Shown: piece by piece, positions 20,136 to 28,603 of the stretch
How positions within the stretch are numbered: the stretch's first letter is position 1
How the letters are laid out: each line of letters opens with the position of its first letter
Source: a candidate division FCPU426 bacterium
GTDB lineage: Bacteria > Oederibacteriota > Muellerivitia > Muellerivitales > Muellerivitaceae
Direction of reading: 5' to 3'
NCBI GenBank assembly: GCA_963830915.1
Contig: CAWHOE010000006.1
Location: forward strand, 224,001 to 288,000
Length of the DNA: 64,000 bases
Made by a program: the position numbers and the translations under genes
The notes under the pieces: model-generated
What the model was told of the DNA's origin: nothing
Database searches by the model: none
What the model saw: the letters and a program-made list of their open reading frames with translations, nothing else

Positions 20136-20353
20136 CCTCCGATTGGTGTCCGATAAGCGTCCGGTGGGCACCCGGTCTTTCCGGTGGCTTCCGGTGGCCG
20201 GAAAATAATAGTCCGGTAACAGAACAAAACCGTCCGGGGGATGTCCATTAGGCTAATGGCAAGGGTTAAGAGGTGATATCAGAAACCAATTCCTGACCTA
20301 TTACTTACCCGAGAGCCCAGAACAAGTCGGAGGGCAAAACAGCTCCCATCGTA

Positions 20354-20628
20354 TCAATACATCAGTGGCTCGTATTTTTTAAGGTCCTTCTCGATGGTTT
20401 TCTTGCACATGGGGCAACAGACCATGATCTTCTTCCCGTTGGATAGGTATATTTCCATGCCCTTGCCCTTGATGTTTCCCCTGAGACGGGACAGATCAAG
20501 GCATCCTTCCCTTTACCCAACTTTGCCGCATCGATGGTTTGCACCTTGTTTCCTGATGTGTCCATGCCTGAGTCCCCTTGGCCGCATCCGGTCAATAAAA
20601 CCCCCGTCAACAAGCTCAAACCGATCAT
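20354..20628 (-). CDS. Small lipoprotein with a YHS/TRASH-like metal-binding motif; frameshifted as assembled
   Basis: LLTGC lipobox, then ICPVSGE; adding one A in GGGGAAAC (about 20476-20479) continues into NIKGKGMEIYLSNGKKIMVCCPMCKKTIEKDLKKYEPLMY*; true start uncertain. Confidence 0.72.
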
Positions 20629-20767
20629 TTTAAAAACACTTTTAAAAAATCGCTTTTCGCTTTTTTCGAAATTAAAAATAAAACTTTTAGCCGTGTCTCT
20701 GTGCCTCTGTGGTGAATGATTAGATATTCCTTTAATGGGTTGAATCATTTTTCTTCCCGCCCCTTCT

Positions 20768-21370
20768 TTAATTTTTCCCACGGCCTTGCGCGAATGCCCC
20801 AATGGCTATACCGATCAGTATGAGGAACAACCAGAGTGGAAAACGCCATTCCGGTCCGATGGAAACGCCGAATTTCGTGTCGACAAAACGTCCCAATAGA
20901 TAACAAAGGAACCCACCGATCCCGGAATATAAAAGAAGCCAGAAGAGCTCACCCAGGCTGAAATATCTTTTTCCGACCCCCAAGATCGGTTCTAACAATG
21001 GGAAATATACCAACACGAACAGGACACCGAGCACTACCCAATGCTGGGTCAAGGCGGAAGAATAGGGGCTTCCCGTGACCATGAGGACGTAAACAAGCCA
21101 AAGATAGCTGGCAACCCCCAACCCCAAGCCAAACAGTAAACGCACGGGCCAAAAGATAAGACCCAATAACCCTTCGGACATCTTCCATCGAAGCATATAT
21201 AGAAGAGGATAGGCCGCCGTACAGAAGACAGCCCCATAGTAGAAAGTTTTAGCCAGCGGTTGGTCGACCATGGGGTGCGTTAGCACTTGGCCCAAACCGA
21301 TCAGGAACAAAATCTCCCAGAAGATCAATCTGATCCAGGATCGGTCTTGTTTTTTTTCCTTCTTGGCCAC
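20768..21370 (-). CDS. Polytopic membrane protein of unknown function (paralog A)
   Basis: About 6 hydrophobic segments; IFWEIL and GRFVDTKFG motifs shared with the upstream gene. Confidence 0.8.
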   Translation of the reverse strand: MAKKEKKQDRSWIRLIFWEILFLIGLGQVLTHPMVDQPLAKTFYYGAVFCTAAYPLLYMLRWKMSEGLLGLIFWPVRLLFGLGLGVASYLWLVYVLMVTGSPYSSALTQHWVVLGVLFVLVYFPLLEPILGVGKRYFSLGELFWLLLYSGIGGFLCYLLGRFVDTKFGVSIGPEWRFPLWLFLILIGIAIGAFAQGRGKN

Positions 21371-21374
21371 GGGT

Positions 21375-22001
21375 TCACCCTTTCCTTGTCTTGTTACCGA
21401 ACCAAACCACAGCGCCGATCCCTATTAAGATGAAGATGATCCAGATAAGCCCCCGGGTCTCCGGGTCCCCGAAGAACATTCCCCACTTGGTGTCCAAGGT
21501 CCGACCCAAATAGTACCCCCCTACCACCCCGCTGATGGAGTCCGAGATCATCCCGACCGCGCCCCAAAAACTGTAATTGGCGCGGCTCAATCCCCAGAGA
21601 TGCTCCACAAAGAAAAAATAATCGAAAACAAAGAAAGGCCCGAGGAACAGGTAATCCCTTCTGAAGATCACAAAACCGGAAGCCAATCCCAGGGAATATC
21701 CAGTGGCGTAAAGGACATAAGCGACCCAGAAAAAACAAGAGATCATCAGGATCGATCGAAGGGTCAGGCTCAGCGGCGAGACAAGGAATTTCAAGACCAA
21801 CGGAAGCTTCAATCGGTTATAGAAGTAAAGGATCGGATACAACACCATGAAAACGACCGCGTTGGCGAGAAAACAAAGCGGGATTGGATCGTTCGCCGGG
21901 GCGTATTGAAGTATATGAAGGAAACCAACGATGCTCAGGATCTCCCAGAGAATGAACCTGGCGAAGGATGGTTCGGAGGGGATCGTTTCTTCTTTCGTCA
22001 T
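21375..22001 (-). CDS. Polytopic membrane protein of unknown function (paralog B)
   Basis: About 6 hydrophobic segments; ILWEIL and GRTLDTKWG motifs. Confidence 0.8.
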   Translation of the reverse strand: MTKEETIPSEPSFARFILWEILSIVGFLHILQYAPANDPIPLCFLANAVVFMVLYPILYFYNRLKLPLVLKFLVSPLSLTLRSILMISCFFWVAYVLYATGYSLGLASGFVIFRRDYLFLGPFFVFDYFFFVEHLWGLSRANYSFWGAVGMISDSISGVVGGYYLGRTLDTKWGMFFGDPETRGLIWIIFILIGIGAVVWFGNKTRKG

Positions 22002-22002
22002 A

Positions 22003-22359
22003 TTAAATCCTTTCCCCGGATCTTGTTTTTTCCGTCAGGTGCCCGCACTTGGAGCATTCATAGATAAGGATCCATGTCCGAAGCTTCTTATCAAAGCGAG
22101 TGGCCTTTGCCCTCACCCTCTCGGCGCACCAAGCGCAATGCGCTTTTTGCCATTCCGGCCTGGTCGTCCCCCAAAGAAGCCCTAGCGCCGTGATCACAGC
22201 GAGCAAAACCAACGGGAATAATATCTTTTCCGTGAACCCATAGTGCAACCACAAAAGACTGGACCCCATAAAAATGGCCAAAAACCAAAGGAGAAAATAC
22301 TTGTCCCAGGGTACTCGTTCAAGCCAATCGGACACCCATTTCATTTTCTCGTACTCCAA
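22003..22359 (-). CDS. Two-TM membrane protein with a C-terminal zinc ribbon
   Basis: CAWC...YECSKCGH; 1-bp gap to the next gene. Confidence 0.7.
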   Translation of the reverse strand: MEYEKMKWVSDWLERVPWDKYFLLWFLAIFMGSSLLWLHYGFTEKILFPLVLLAVITALGLLWGTTRPEWQKAHCAWCAERVRAKATRFDKKLRTWILIYECSKCGHLTEKTRSGERI

Positions 22360-22644
22360 GAATGACTTTCAAAAATCAAACTCCTCTTTCCATCCATCAG
22401 CCTTTCATGTGGCTTGGTTATAAATTGTTTTTCATAAAAAATCTTCTCGACTCAGTTAGTATCTTATAGTAACTACTCTTTTTATGACGGTTCTCATGTT
22501 TTTAGACAGGTCGTTCCTGAAATTTCATTATAAATTAATTACTTCCAACTAGTTTCTTTTTAGTAACTAACTAACTATCATTTCTCCGTTGTCTTTTTAT
22601 GAGCAGTCCCTCAATGCAAAAAAAATGTCAAAACATTTTCGTAA

Positions 22645-22660
22645 TGTGACTTGCGTCACA
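22645..22660 (+). promoter_or_regulatory. CRP/FNR-family binding site at a class II position
   Basis: Perfect TGTGA-CTTGCG-TCACA; centre lies at about -41.5 relative to an extended -10 (TG-A-TATGAT, 22679-22687). Confidence 0.8.
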
Positions 22661-22776
22661 AATGTTTTTTTTTAGCGTTGATATGATTCGTTCTGAAAGC
22701 AAGGCAGGTCCCCGATCGATCCAGGCGCGACGCCCATCTTGATCGGGCACAATTCAAAGGGGAGGACTTACCAGCT

Positions 22777-23580
22777 ATGCCGAACTCTATCCATTTCAAA
22801 CAAAATAAATTTCACCAGATCGTTTTCTTGACCGCGGCCTTGGGCTTGATGCTGACCATTTCCGGTTCGGTTCTCGCCGACACCTCCAATCCCACACCGG
22901 CGGCCACCAAATCCAGTTTCTCCGGTAACCAATTGATGGGGGCTAGCCAGCCTCCTGTTACAGAAAGGCCCGCGACCGTTCTCGGCCCTGTGGAAGGCGT
23001 CACCGCGAAAACCGGAAGTTCTTTACTGGTCCTCCAACCCGGAAGCGTCGTCTACCTGGTGGGCGATTCCACCCTTCATAAATATGAGATGGGAGCCAAG
23101 TCGCTCCAAGGTTCCGCGGTCGTGAAGGCTTCGGCGAAAAGCCTGAGCGCCGATGGCGGCCTCTTGAAAGCTCTCCAGGCTGGAAAAGCCGGGTCCATGG
23201 CTTTGGTAGTGCCTGTGAACTTCTTGAAATCCAAGGAGTCGGGCCTGGATGACAACGCCTACAAGGCGCTGAACGCCAAGGACTTCCCTGAGATCAAGTT
23301 CGAACTTTCCAAAGAGACGCTGGCCCCCGGCGCCCAGGATGGGACTTACGTCATGACCGCCGATGGCAACTTGACCATCTCCGGCGTGACCAATCCCATC
23401 ACCTTGACGGCCGACGCCCAGATCAAGGACAACCAGGTCCGGTTGAAGGGCGTGCAAAAACTGAAGATGACCGACTACAAGATCACCCCGCCGAAATTCA
23501 ATCTGGTGGTTACCTCCATCGTTTGCACCGACGAGATCGAGATCCACTACGACGTGACCTTCGCCCCGGCGGCGAAATAG
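22777..23580 (+). CDS. YceI family (lipid/polyisoprenoid-binding) periplasmic protein
   Basis: Signal peptide; GDSTLH, LKS-ESGLD..YKALNAKDFPEIKF, GNLTISGVT, MTDYKITPP. Confidence 0.88.
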   Translation: MPNSIHFKQNKFHQIVFLTAALGLMLTISGSVLADTSNPTPAATKSSFSGNQLMGASQPPVTERPATVLGPVEGVTAKTGSSLLVLQPGSVVYLVGDSTLHKYEMGAKSLQGSAVVKASAKSLSADGGLLKALQAGKAGSMALVVPVNFLKSKESGLDDNAYKALNAKDFPEIKFELSKETLAPGAQDGTYVMTADGNLTISGVTNPITLTADAQIKDNQVRLKGVQKLKMTDYKITPPKFNLVVTSIVCTDEIEIHYDVTFAPAAK

Positions 23581-23759
23581 TTCTTGAATTCGAAGACCCG
23601 GGCCTTCTCCCTGAGAGGGTTCGGAAGAAAGATGGACCGTTAAGGCCGGTTCCGGACCACGGAACAAGATTCTTATCACGCGGTAAAACTCGGGGGAGCC
23701 GGGTTGAAGGGGAGCGGGTCGAAACGGAAGCGCAGTAACAAAAAAACGGAGGAGAAGAA

Positions 23760-25232
23760 ATGAGAAATTTTAAGAAAGCGTTGATGGCGGCCGTGTTGCT
23801 GCTGGGTTTCATGCCCCGCGCCCATGCCGCTGAGATCTTCAAGAATGACGATCTCGATCTGTCGTTCGGTGGCCGACTCCAGGTGACAGGTGACATGGAA
23901 TTGGTGACCGTGGACCCGGTAAGGGACCATCTGCGGATCTTTTTGTGGGATGAGGAAGACCGCCTCTTCACCAGCGGCAACTATCAAGGATACAAGTGGA
24001 ACTTTGAGGTCGCCTTCGGCGGTGAAGCCATCAACAGCTCCAACAACCAGTTGAACCTGCTGGATGCCAGCGCCGACATTCCGTTGATACCCGACATGGT
24101 GACCGTAAAGGTCGGGCAATTCAAAATACCCGGGAATCTGGAAAGCGCCATTTACGAGGGCAACCAGCTGTTCACCGAAAAATCCCCTATCTTCAACCTC
24201 TTCTTCAACCAAGGTTACGATACGGGTCTTTCGCTCTATGGACACATCGGGGATTTGGACGGCCAAGCTGGGTTGGTCCAGGGCGGACCGGACGTCGTCC
24301 AACGCTATCTGCCTGAGATATTGAACTTCCCCACTCCCATGTTCTTACGCATTGGGATCAATGAAGGGATCACCGATGATCCTTACCATCCCATGCAAAC
24401 GGGTTTCACCAAACCGGACAAGACGCAGTTCGCTTTCCATTTGACCGGTTATGCCGCGGTCGATAGCAACGCCGGCCATAGCACGGCCTTGCAGTTGGGC
24501 GGCGGTTACCTGTCCACCTTCAACGCGAACAGTCAGTACGGCAACGTGTTGACTTCCTCCGTGTTCAACCCCTACATCGGCGCCGCTGGCGCGAATCCTG
24601 TGACGGCCAATTATTACCAGGCCGGCGCGGACTTCCAGGTTAGGACCCCGATGGGGGACACCACCTTCACCCTGACGGGACAAGGCATGATCGGTCATTA
24701 CGACATGAAGGTTCCCGCCGCGATGCCCTATGAAACAGGGACTACCAAGATCGCTGGCCAAGCGGTAACGGCCGGCCAATCCTTCGCCCTCAACATCGGC
24801 GGCGGTGAGTTGACGGCCTCCGTTGGCGACAAACCTTGGGAATTCGCGGGCCGTTTCGCAGTGGTCATTCCTGACGCGGGCATGATGGGCACCTATACTG
24901 AAAGGTATCCAAATGGTTCTCCTGTGACCGTTTCAGCGGCACCAGGGGCTGCGACAAAAACATTCTACGCTCCTATCTTCGGAAGCAACCCGATCTACGA
25001 ACTGACTTTCCCTTCCATCACCTGGCACATGAATAATGATTGCAAGTTGGTGGCCGAGACCATGTTCATGTTCAACACCCCGGCGGCTCAAAGCGACGAC
25101 GGTACTTACCTGATCGCCGAGATGCCAGGTTCGGCCAATTCTGGGATAGGCGAAACCGTGGGCGGTGGCGGTCCTGATTTCCGTATCGGATTCGTTCCCA
25201 TGGGCCGGATGATGTTCCAGTTCCAGTTCTAG
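23760..25232 (+). CDS. Outer-membrane porin-like beta-barrel (OprO/P-like N-terminus)
   Basis: Signal peptide AHA|AEI, SFGGRLQ, LLDA..D, VKVGQFKIP, C-terminal FQFQF. Confidence 0.75.
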   Translation: MRNFKKALMAAVLLLGFMPRAHAAEIFKNDDLDLSFGGRLQVTGDMELVTVDPVRDHLRIFLWDEEDRLFTSGNYQGYKWNFEVAFGGEAINSSNNQLNLLDASADIPLIPDMVTVKVGQFKIPGNLESAIYEGNQLFTEKSPIFNLFFNQGYDTGLSLYGHIGDLDGQAGLVQGGPDVVQRYLPEILNFPTPMFLRIGINEGITDDPYHPMQTGFTKPDKTQFAFHLTGYAAVDSNAGHSTALQLGGGYLSTFNANSQYGNVLTSSVFNPYIGAAGANPVTANYYQAGADFQVRTPMGDTTFTLTGQGMIGHYDMKVPAAMPYETGTTKIAGQAVTAGQSFALNIGGGELTASVGDKPWEFAGRFAVVIPDAGMMGTYTERYPNGSPVTVSAAPGAATKTFYAPIFGSNPIYELTFPSITWHMNNDCKLVAETMFMFNTPAAQSDDGTYLIAEMPGSANSGIGETVGGGGPDFRIGFVPMGRMMFQFQF

Positions 25233-25269
25233 TAAAAGGTTTCATGGTCGGGCAAGGGGAGACCGTCCT

Positions 25270-25988
25270 GTGTTAAGTCTTACTCATTTCTTCAGGGCTT
25301 TTTCGTTGGCAGCCTGCGCCGCACTCTCCTGCGGCGTGGGCTTGGCCGACGATGATATTTCACTGGCTTTCTATGAGGGTTGGGGTCACTACAAGGTCGA
25401 GGCTTCCTTTTTCGTCGACGCCGATCAGAAACCGCCTGGGATATCCTCACCGATTACGATCACATCCCCAAATTCGTCAATAGCATGAAGGTCAGCGCCG
25501 TTCAGGGTAGGACCGTGAACGACGTGGTCCTTCAACAAGAAGGCGAAGGCGGGTTCCTCTTTTTTTCCAAACGCATCCATCTGCTCCTGAATGTCCACGA
25601 GGAGCCGAACCAATCCATCGTTTTTTCCGATACCAGCCATAAAGACTTCAACTTTTACGAGGGTTCCTGGCAGATCCTGAAAGCCAATTCGGGCCATGGC
25701 CTGGAGGTCATCTACACCCTGGACGCCGAGCAGAATTTCTCGGCCCCCGCTTTCATCGCCAGCGATATTGTCAAAGGGAACGTCCAGGACTTGTTGAAAT
25801 CCCTTCGAAAACAGATAGGTTTGACCCAGTACCACCGGGACCAGGAAGCGGCCCTGGCGCTCCAACAAAAGGTCGCCAAGACCATGCCTGGCAAGCTGGA
25901 CCTAGCCCTCAAGCAGGGCATGGCGGTTGACGGGTTGGCGGTCTTGCCCCACCCAACCCCGCTTGGCACCCCTGTCCAAAAGAACTAA
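25270..25988 (+). CDS. Exported SRPBCC/START (polyketide cyclase/Coq10-like) protein; frameshifted as assembled
   Basis: Signal peptide ORF 25270 joins ORF 25380-25988 (TAWDILTDYDHIPKFV, DFNFYEGSW) if one A is added at 25429-25431. Confidence 0.78.
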
Positions 25989-26035
25989 CTACTGGGTTTT
26001 AAAATAATTTTTACATTATCCCAAAACAAATATTT

Positions 26036-26121
26036 GCCACAGATTCATGGGATTCATGTGTATTAAAATGTCATATTTTTAAATTTTTTTACCTATCCTG
26101 TGCATCCCATGCATCTGTGGC
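26036..26121. repeat. Short inverted-repeat (MITE/REP-like) element with 9-bp periodic arms
   Basis: GCCACAGATTCATGGGATTCA ... TGCATCCCATGCATCTGTGGC flanking an AT-rich core, between convergent genes. Confidence 0.7.
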
Positions 26122-26226
26122 TGATCTATGGCTTAGCTGTGCCTATTATCTTTAACCAATAAAATCATTTGATTTAATCATCTCTGGCGTTTGGACTATG
26201 TCTTTCTTAGTCAGTTGTGATTAATT

Positions 26227-27459
26227 TCATTTAGTCTTCGGTTTCTCGAATGAGGAAGGACTGTCTTCTTGGGGGGATTCCTTGGGATCAAGGGATGATG
26301 CCTTTTCAAGTTTATAAAACCCGAACTTGCGTTTGATAGCGTCCACGCTTTTATAAAGGGCTTCCTTTTTTTTCGAGTCCATCTCGGGGAAAAGCCAATT
26401 TCCTTCTTCCGATCGTTCCAACTTGGAAAGGGTCACCCCTAACAGCCTGACCTTGCGGTTTTTCTCATGGAAATCGCCAAATAGTTCCTGGACCGCCTTG
26501 AGGACCTGGGCGTCGTCATCCGTCTCAGGGATGGTTTTGGCCCTGGTCAAGGTCTCGAAATTGGAATAACGCAGTTTCAAGGTGACCGTACGGGCCTTCT
26601 TGCCCAGCCTTCGCAAACGGTAACAGCTTTTCTCCGAAAGCCAGGAAAGCGTGCGCCTAATCCGCTCCGGGTCGTCCGTGTCCTGATCGAAGGTGGTTTC
26701 ATTGCCCACGCTTTTGGCGAAATGAAAGGGCTCCACTGGCGAGTCGTCCATCCCCCTGGCCGCGTGATAAAGCCATTCCCCTCCCGACTCCCCGAAAGTC
26801 TTTTTGAGCTTCGGGAGCGGGATGGAAAGGATATCCCCGATGGTCTTGATACCCATCTCCTTCAATCGGGGTTGGGTCTTCTCTCCCGCCCCATGGAGCC
26901 TTTCGATGTTAAGCGCCGATAGGAAATCCTGTTCTTTCCCTTCCGGAACCACGATCACGCCTGTTTTGGACCCCGAGGATGGCTTGACCGTCTTACCCGC
27001 GATCTTGGCCACATACTTGTTGGAAGCGATGGCCACCGAACAGGTCAGTTGGGTGCGGTCAAAGACGCTTTCCTTCACCTTCAAGGCCATGGCCTGAAGA
27101 TCGTTGCCATAGAGGCTTTCGCATCCGGTAAAGTCCAGGTAAAACTCGTCGATGGAAGCGTATTCCACCACGGGTGCGATCCTTTTCAGGAGCGCGTAGA
27201 CCCTTCGGGAGTACTTGGAATAAAGTTTGTGTTGGCCTGGGACGAAAAGGGCCTGGGGACAAAGTTTTTCGGCGGTCCTCAATGGCATTCCTGAGTGGAC
27301 GCCGAAGGGCCTGGCCTCATAGGAGGCGGAGCAAACCACCCCTCTTTCCCCCTTGCGTCCTCCCACAATGACCGGTTTGCCGACAAGTGAATGGTCGACA
27401 AGCCTTTCACAGGAAACGAAGAAAGAGTCCATATCGATATGCGCGATGATCCGTTCCAT
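26227..27459 (-). CDS. dinB: DNA polymerase IV (Y family)
   Basis: HIDMDSFF, SASYEARPFGVHSGMP, ASIDEFYLD, KYVAKIA, little-finger domain KSVGNETTF...VRLLGV. Confidence 0.96.
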   Translation of the reverse strand: MERIIAHIDMDSFFVSCERLVDHSLVGKPVIVGGRKGERGVVCSASYEARPFGVHSGMPLRTAEKLCPQALFVPGQHKLYSKYSRRVYALLKRIAPVVEYASIDEFYLDFTGCESLYGNDLQAMALKVKESVFDRTQLTCSVAIASNKYVAKIAGKTVKPSSGSKTGVIVVPEGKEQDFLSALNIERLHGAGEKTQPRLKEMGIKTIGDILSIPLPKLKKTFGESGGEWLYHAARGMDDSPVEPFHFAKSVGNETTFDQDTDDPERIRRTLSWLSEKSCYRLRRLGKKARTVTLKLRYSNFETLTRAKTIPETDDDAQVLKAVQELFGDFHEKNRKVRLLGVTLSKLERSEEGNWLFPEMDSKKKEALYKSVDAIKRKFGFYKLEKASSLDPKESPQEDSPSSFEKPKTK

Positions 27460-27514
27460 AGGTATACGCTAGTATACTACTGCCGTGCCATTTTCAAGGG
27501 ATGAATCGGTTGTA

Positions 27515-28276
27515 TCAAATACCGAAAATCACGCCGATTTGGATGGGGATCAGGATCAGGGGGCTATCGCTGGCGGACGAATAGGCGAAACCGGAGGATG
27601 TTAAATCCACGACCACTTTGCCTTGCAGGAATACCTTGAACCCTTCGGCCGCCTTGAGATCGATACCGGCCCCGCCCACCGCCATGAGGTCCACCTCATA
27701 ACTGGAGATGGGCAAATAATAATCACCGTAATCATCATAGACCACCGCTGTATTGCTTCTCGTCTCGTTATAGGCGACGCCTGGCCCCGCGAAGAGATAA
27801 GGGCTCACTCCCGATGAGGTCAGGTTGACTTTGGCCAGGAGCGCGGCATCGATCAGGTTGAAATTTTCCCCGCCCGTTAAAGCGTCATTCTTACTGTTGA
27901 ACGGCTCGATGTTCACCATCAACCAACCCGAGAATAGGTCGGTGAACTGATATCCTTCGCCCAGGTCCAGGCTGAAACCGGTCGCGTACGCCCTTTGAAA
28001 ATGGCTGCTGAGCGGAATGGATGCCCCAAGCCCAGTCAGGGTTTCCCAACGGGACTTTTCAGGCTTTTTAGGCTCTTGGTAAGTGGGCAAAGAAGCCTTG
28101 CTTGGCGCCCACTCAGGGGCAACCATGGCGGTCGGGGAGGGTGATGGGGTCGATAAGGCGGGCACAACCGTGGGGGTGGATGTACCCGTGGGCGTTATCG
28201 TGAAGGGTTCTCCATAGGCTTTCGAGAAAAGGAGAATTAAAAGCAGGATGACCGATAAGGACTGTTTAGGTTTCAT
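27515..28276 (-). CDS. Outer-membrane beta-barrel (OmpA/OmpW-like, 8-stranded) protein with a Pro/Thr-rich N-terminus
   Basis: Signal peptide, SPYLFAGPGVAY, GGAGID, terminal IPIQIGVIFGI; ATGA overlap with the upstream gene. Confidence 0.7.
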   Translation of the reverse strand: MKPKQSLSVILLLILLFSKAYGEPFTITPTGTSTPTVVPALSTPSPSPTAMVAPEWAPSKASLPTYQEPKKPEKSRWETLTGLGASIPLSSHFQRAYATGFSLDLGEGYQFTDLFSGWLMVNIEPFNSKNDALTGGENFNLIDAALLAKVNLTSSGVSPYLFAGPGVAYNETRSNTAVVYDDYGDYYLPISSYEVDLMAVGGAGIDLKAAEGFKVFLQGKVVVDLTSSGFAYSSASDSPLILIPIQIGVIFGI

Positions 28277-28569
28277 TGTCCGTTCGACGGTTGAGTGTCC
28301 CAAGGGGTGATGGCAGCCTCTTCTTTTTTCTGCTTCTCCATCTCTTCCTTTTGTTTCTTTTCCATTTGCTGAAGGATGATCTCTTTTTTATAGGGAGGGA
28401 CTTTGCCCGCGCTTTTGCAGTAAGGACAAGGGATCTCGATGATCCCCACCTGGACGAAACCTTTGCCGTTGCAATAAGGGCAAGTGACTTCCTGGAGATA
28501 CGGCAAAACCCCCAGCCAGAAGAACAACAACATACCGACAATGAGAGCCCCAACAATGTATCGGAACAT
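28273..28569 (-). CDS. Small membrane protein with a DnaJ-type zinc finger
   Basis: TM helix, then CPYCNGKG...CPYCKSAG. Confidence 0.7.
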   Translation of the reverse strand: MFRYIVGALIVGMLLFFWLGVLPYLQEVTCPYCNGKGFVQVGIIEIPCPYCKSAGKVPPYKKEIILQQMEKKQKEEMEKQKKEEAAITPWDTQPSNGQ

Positions 28570-28603
28570 AGGTCCCTTTCAGCGCCGTGGATTTAACCTG
28601 ATT

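Noticed and set aside
19860..20251. Five overlapping short ORFs across the repeat
   Set aside because: A 53-bp period cycles through reading frames; the translations are repeat artefacts without RBS support.
27462..27477. GTATAC-N4-GTATAC palindrome upstream of dinB as a LexA box
   Set aside because: Matches no LexA consensus I know, occurs once in the window, and overlaps a likely -10 element.
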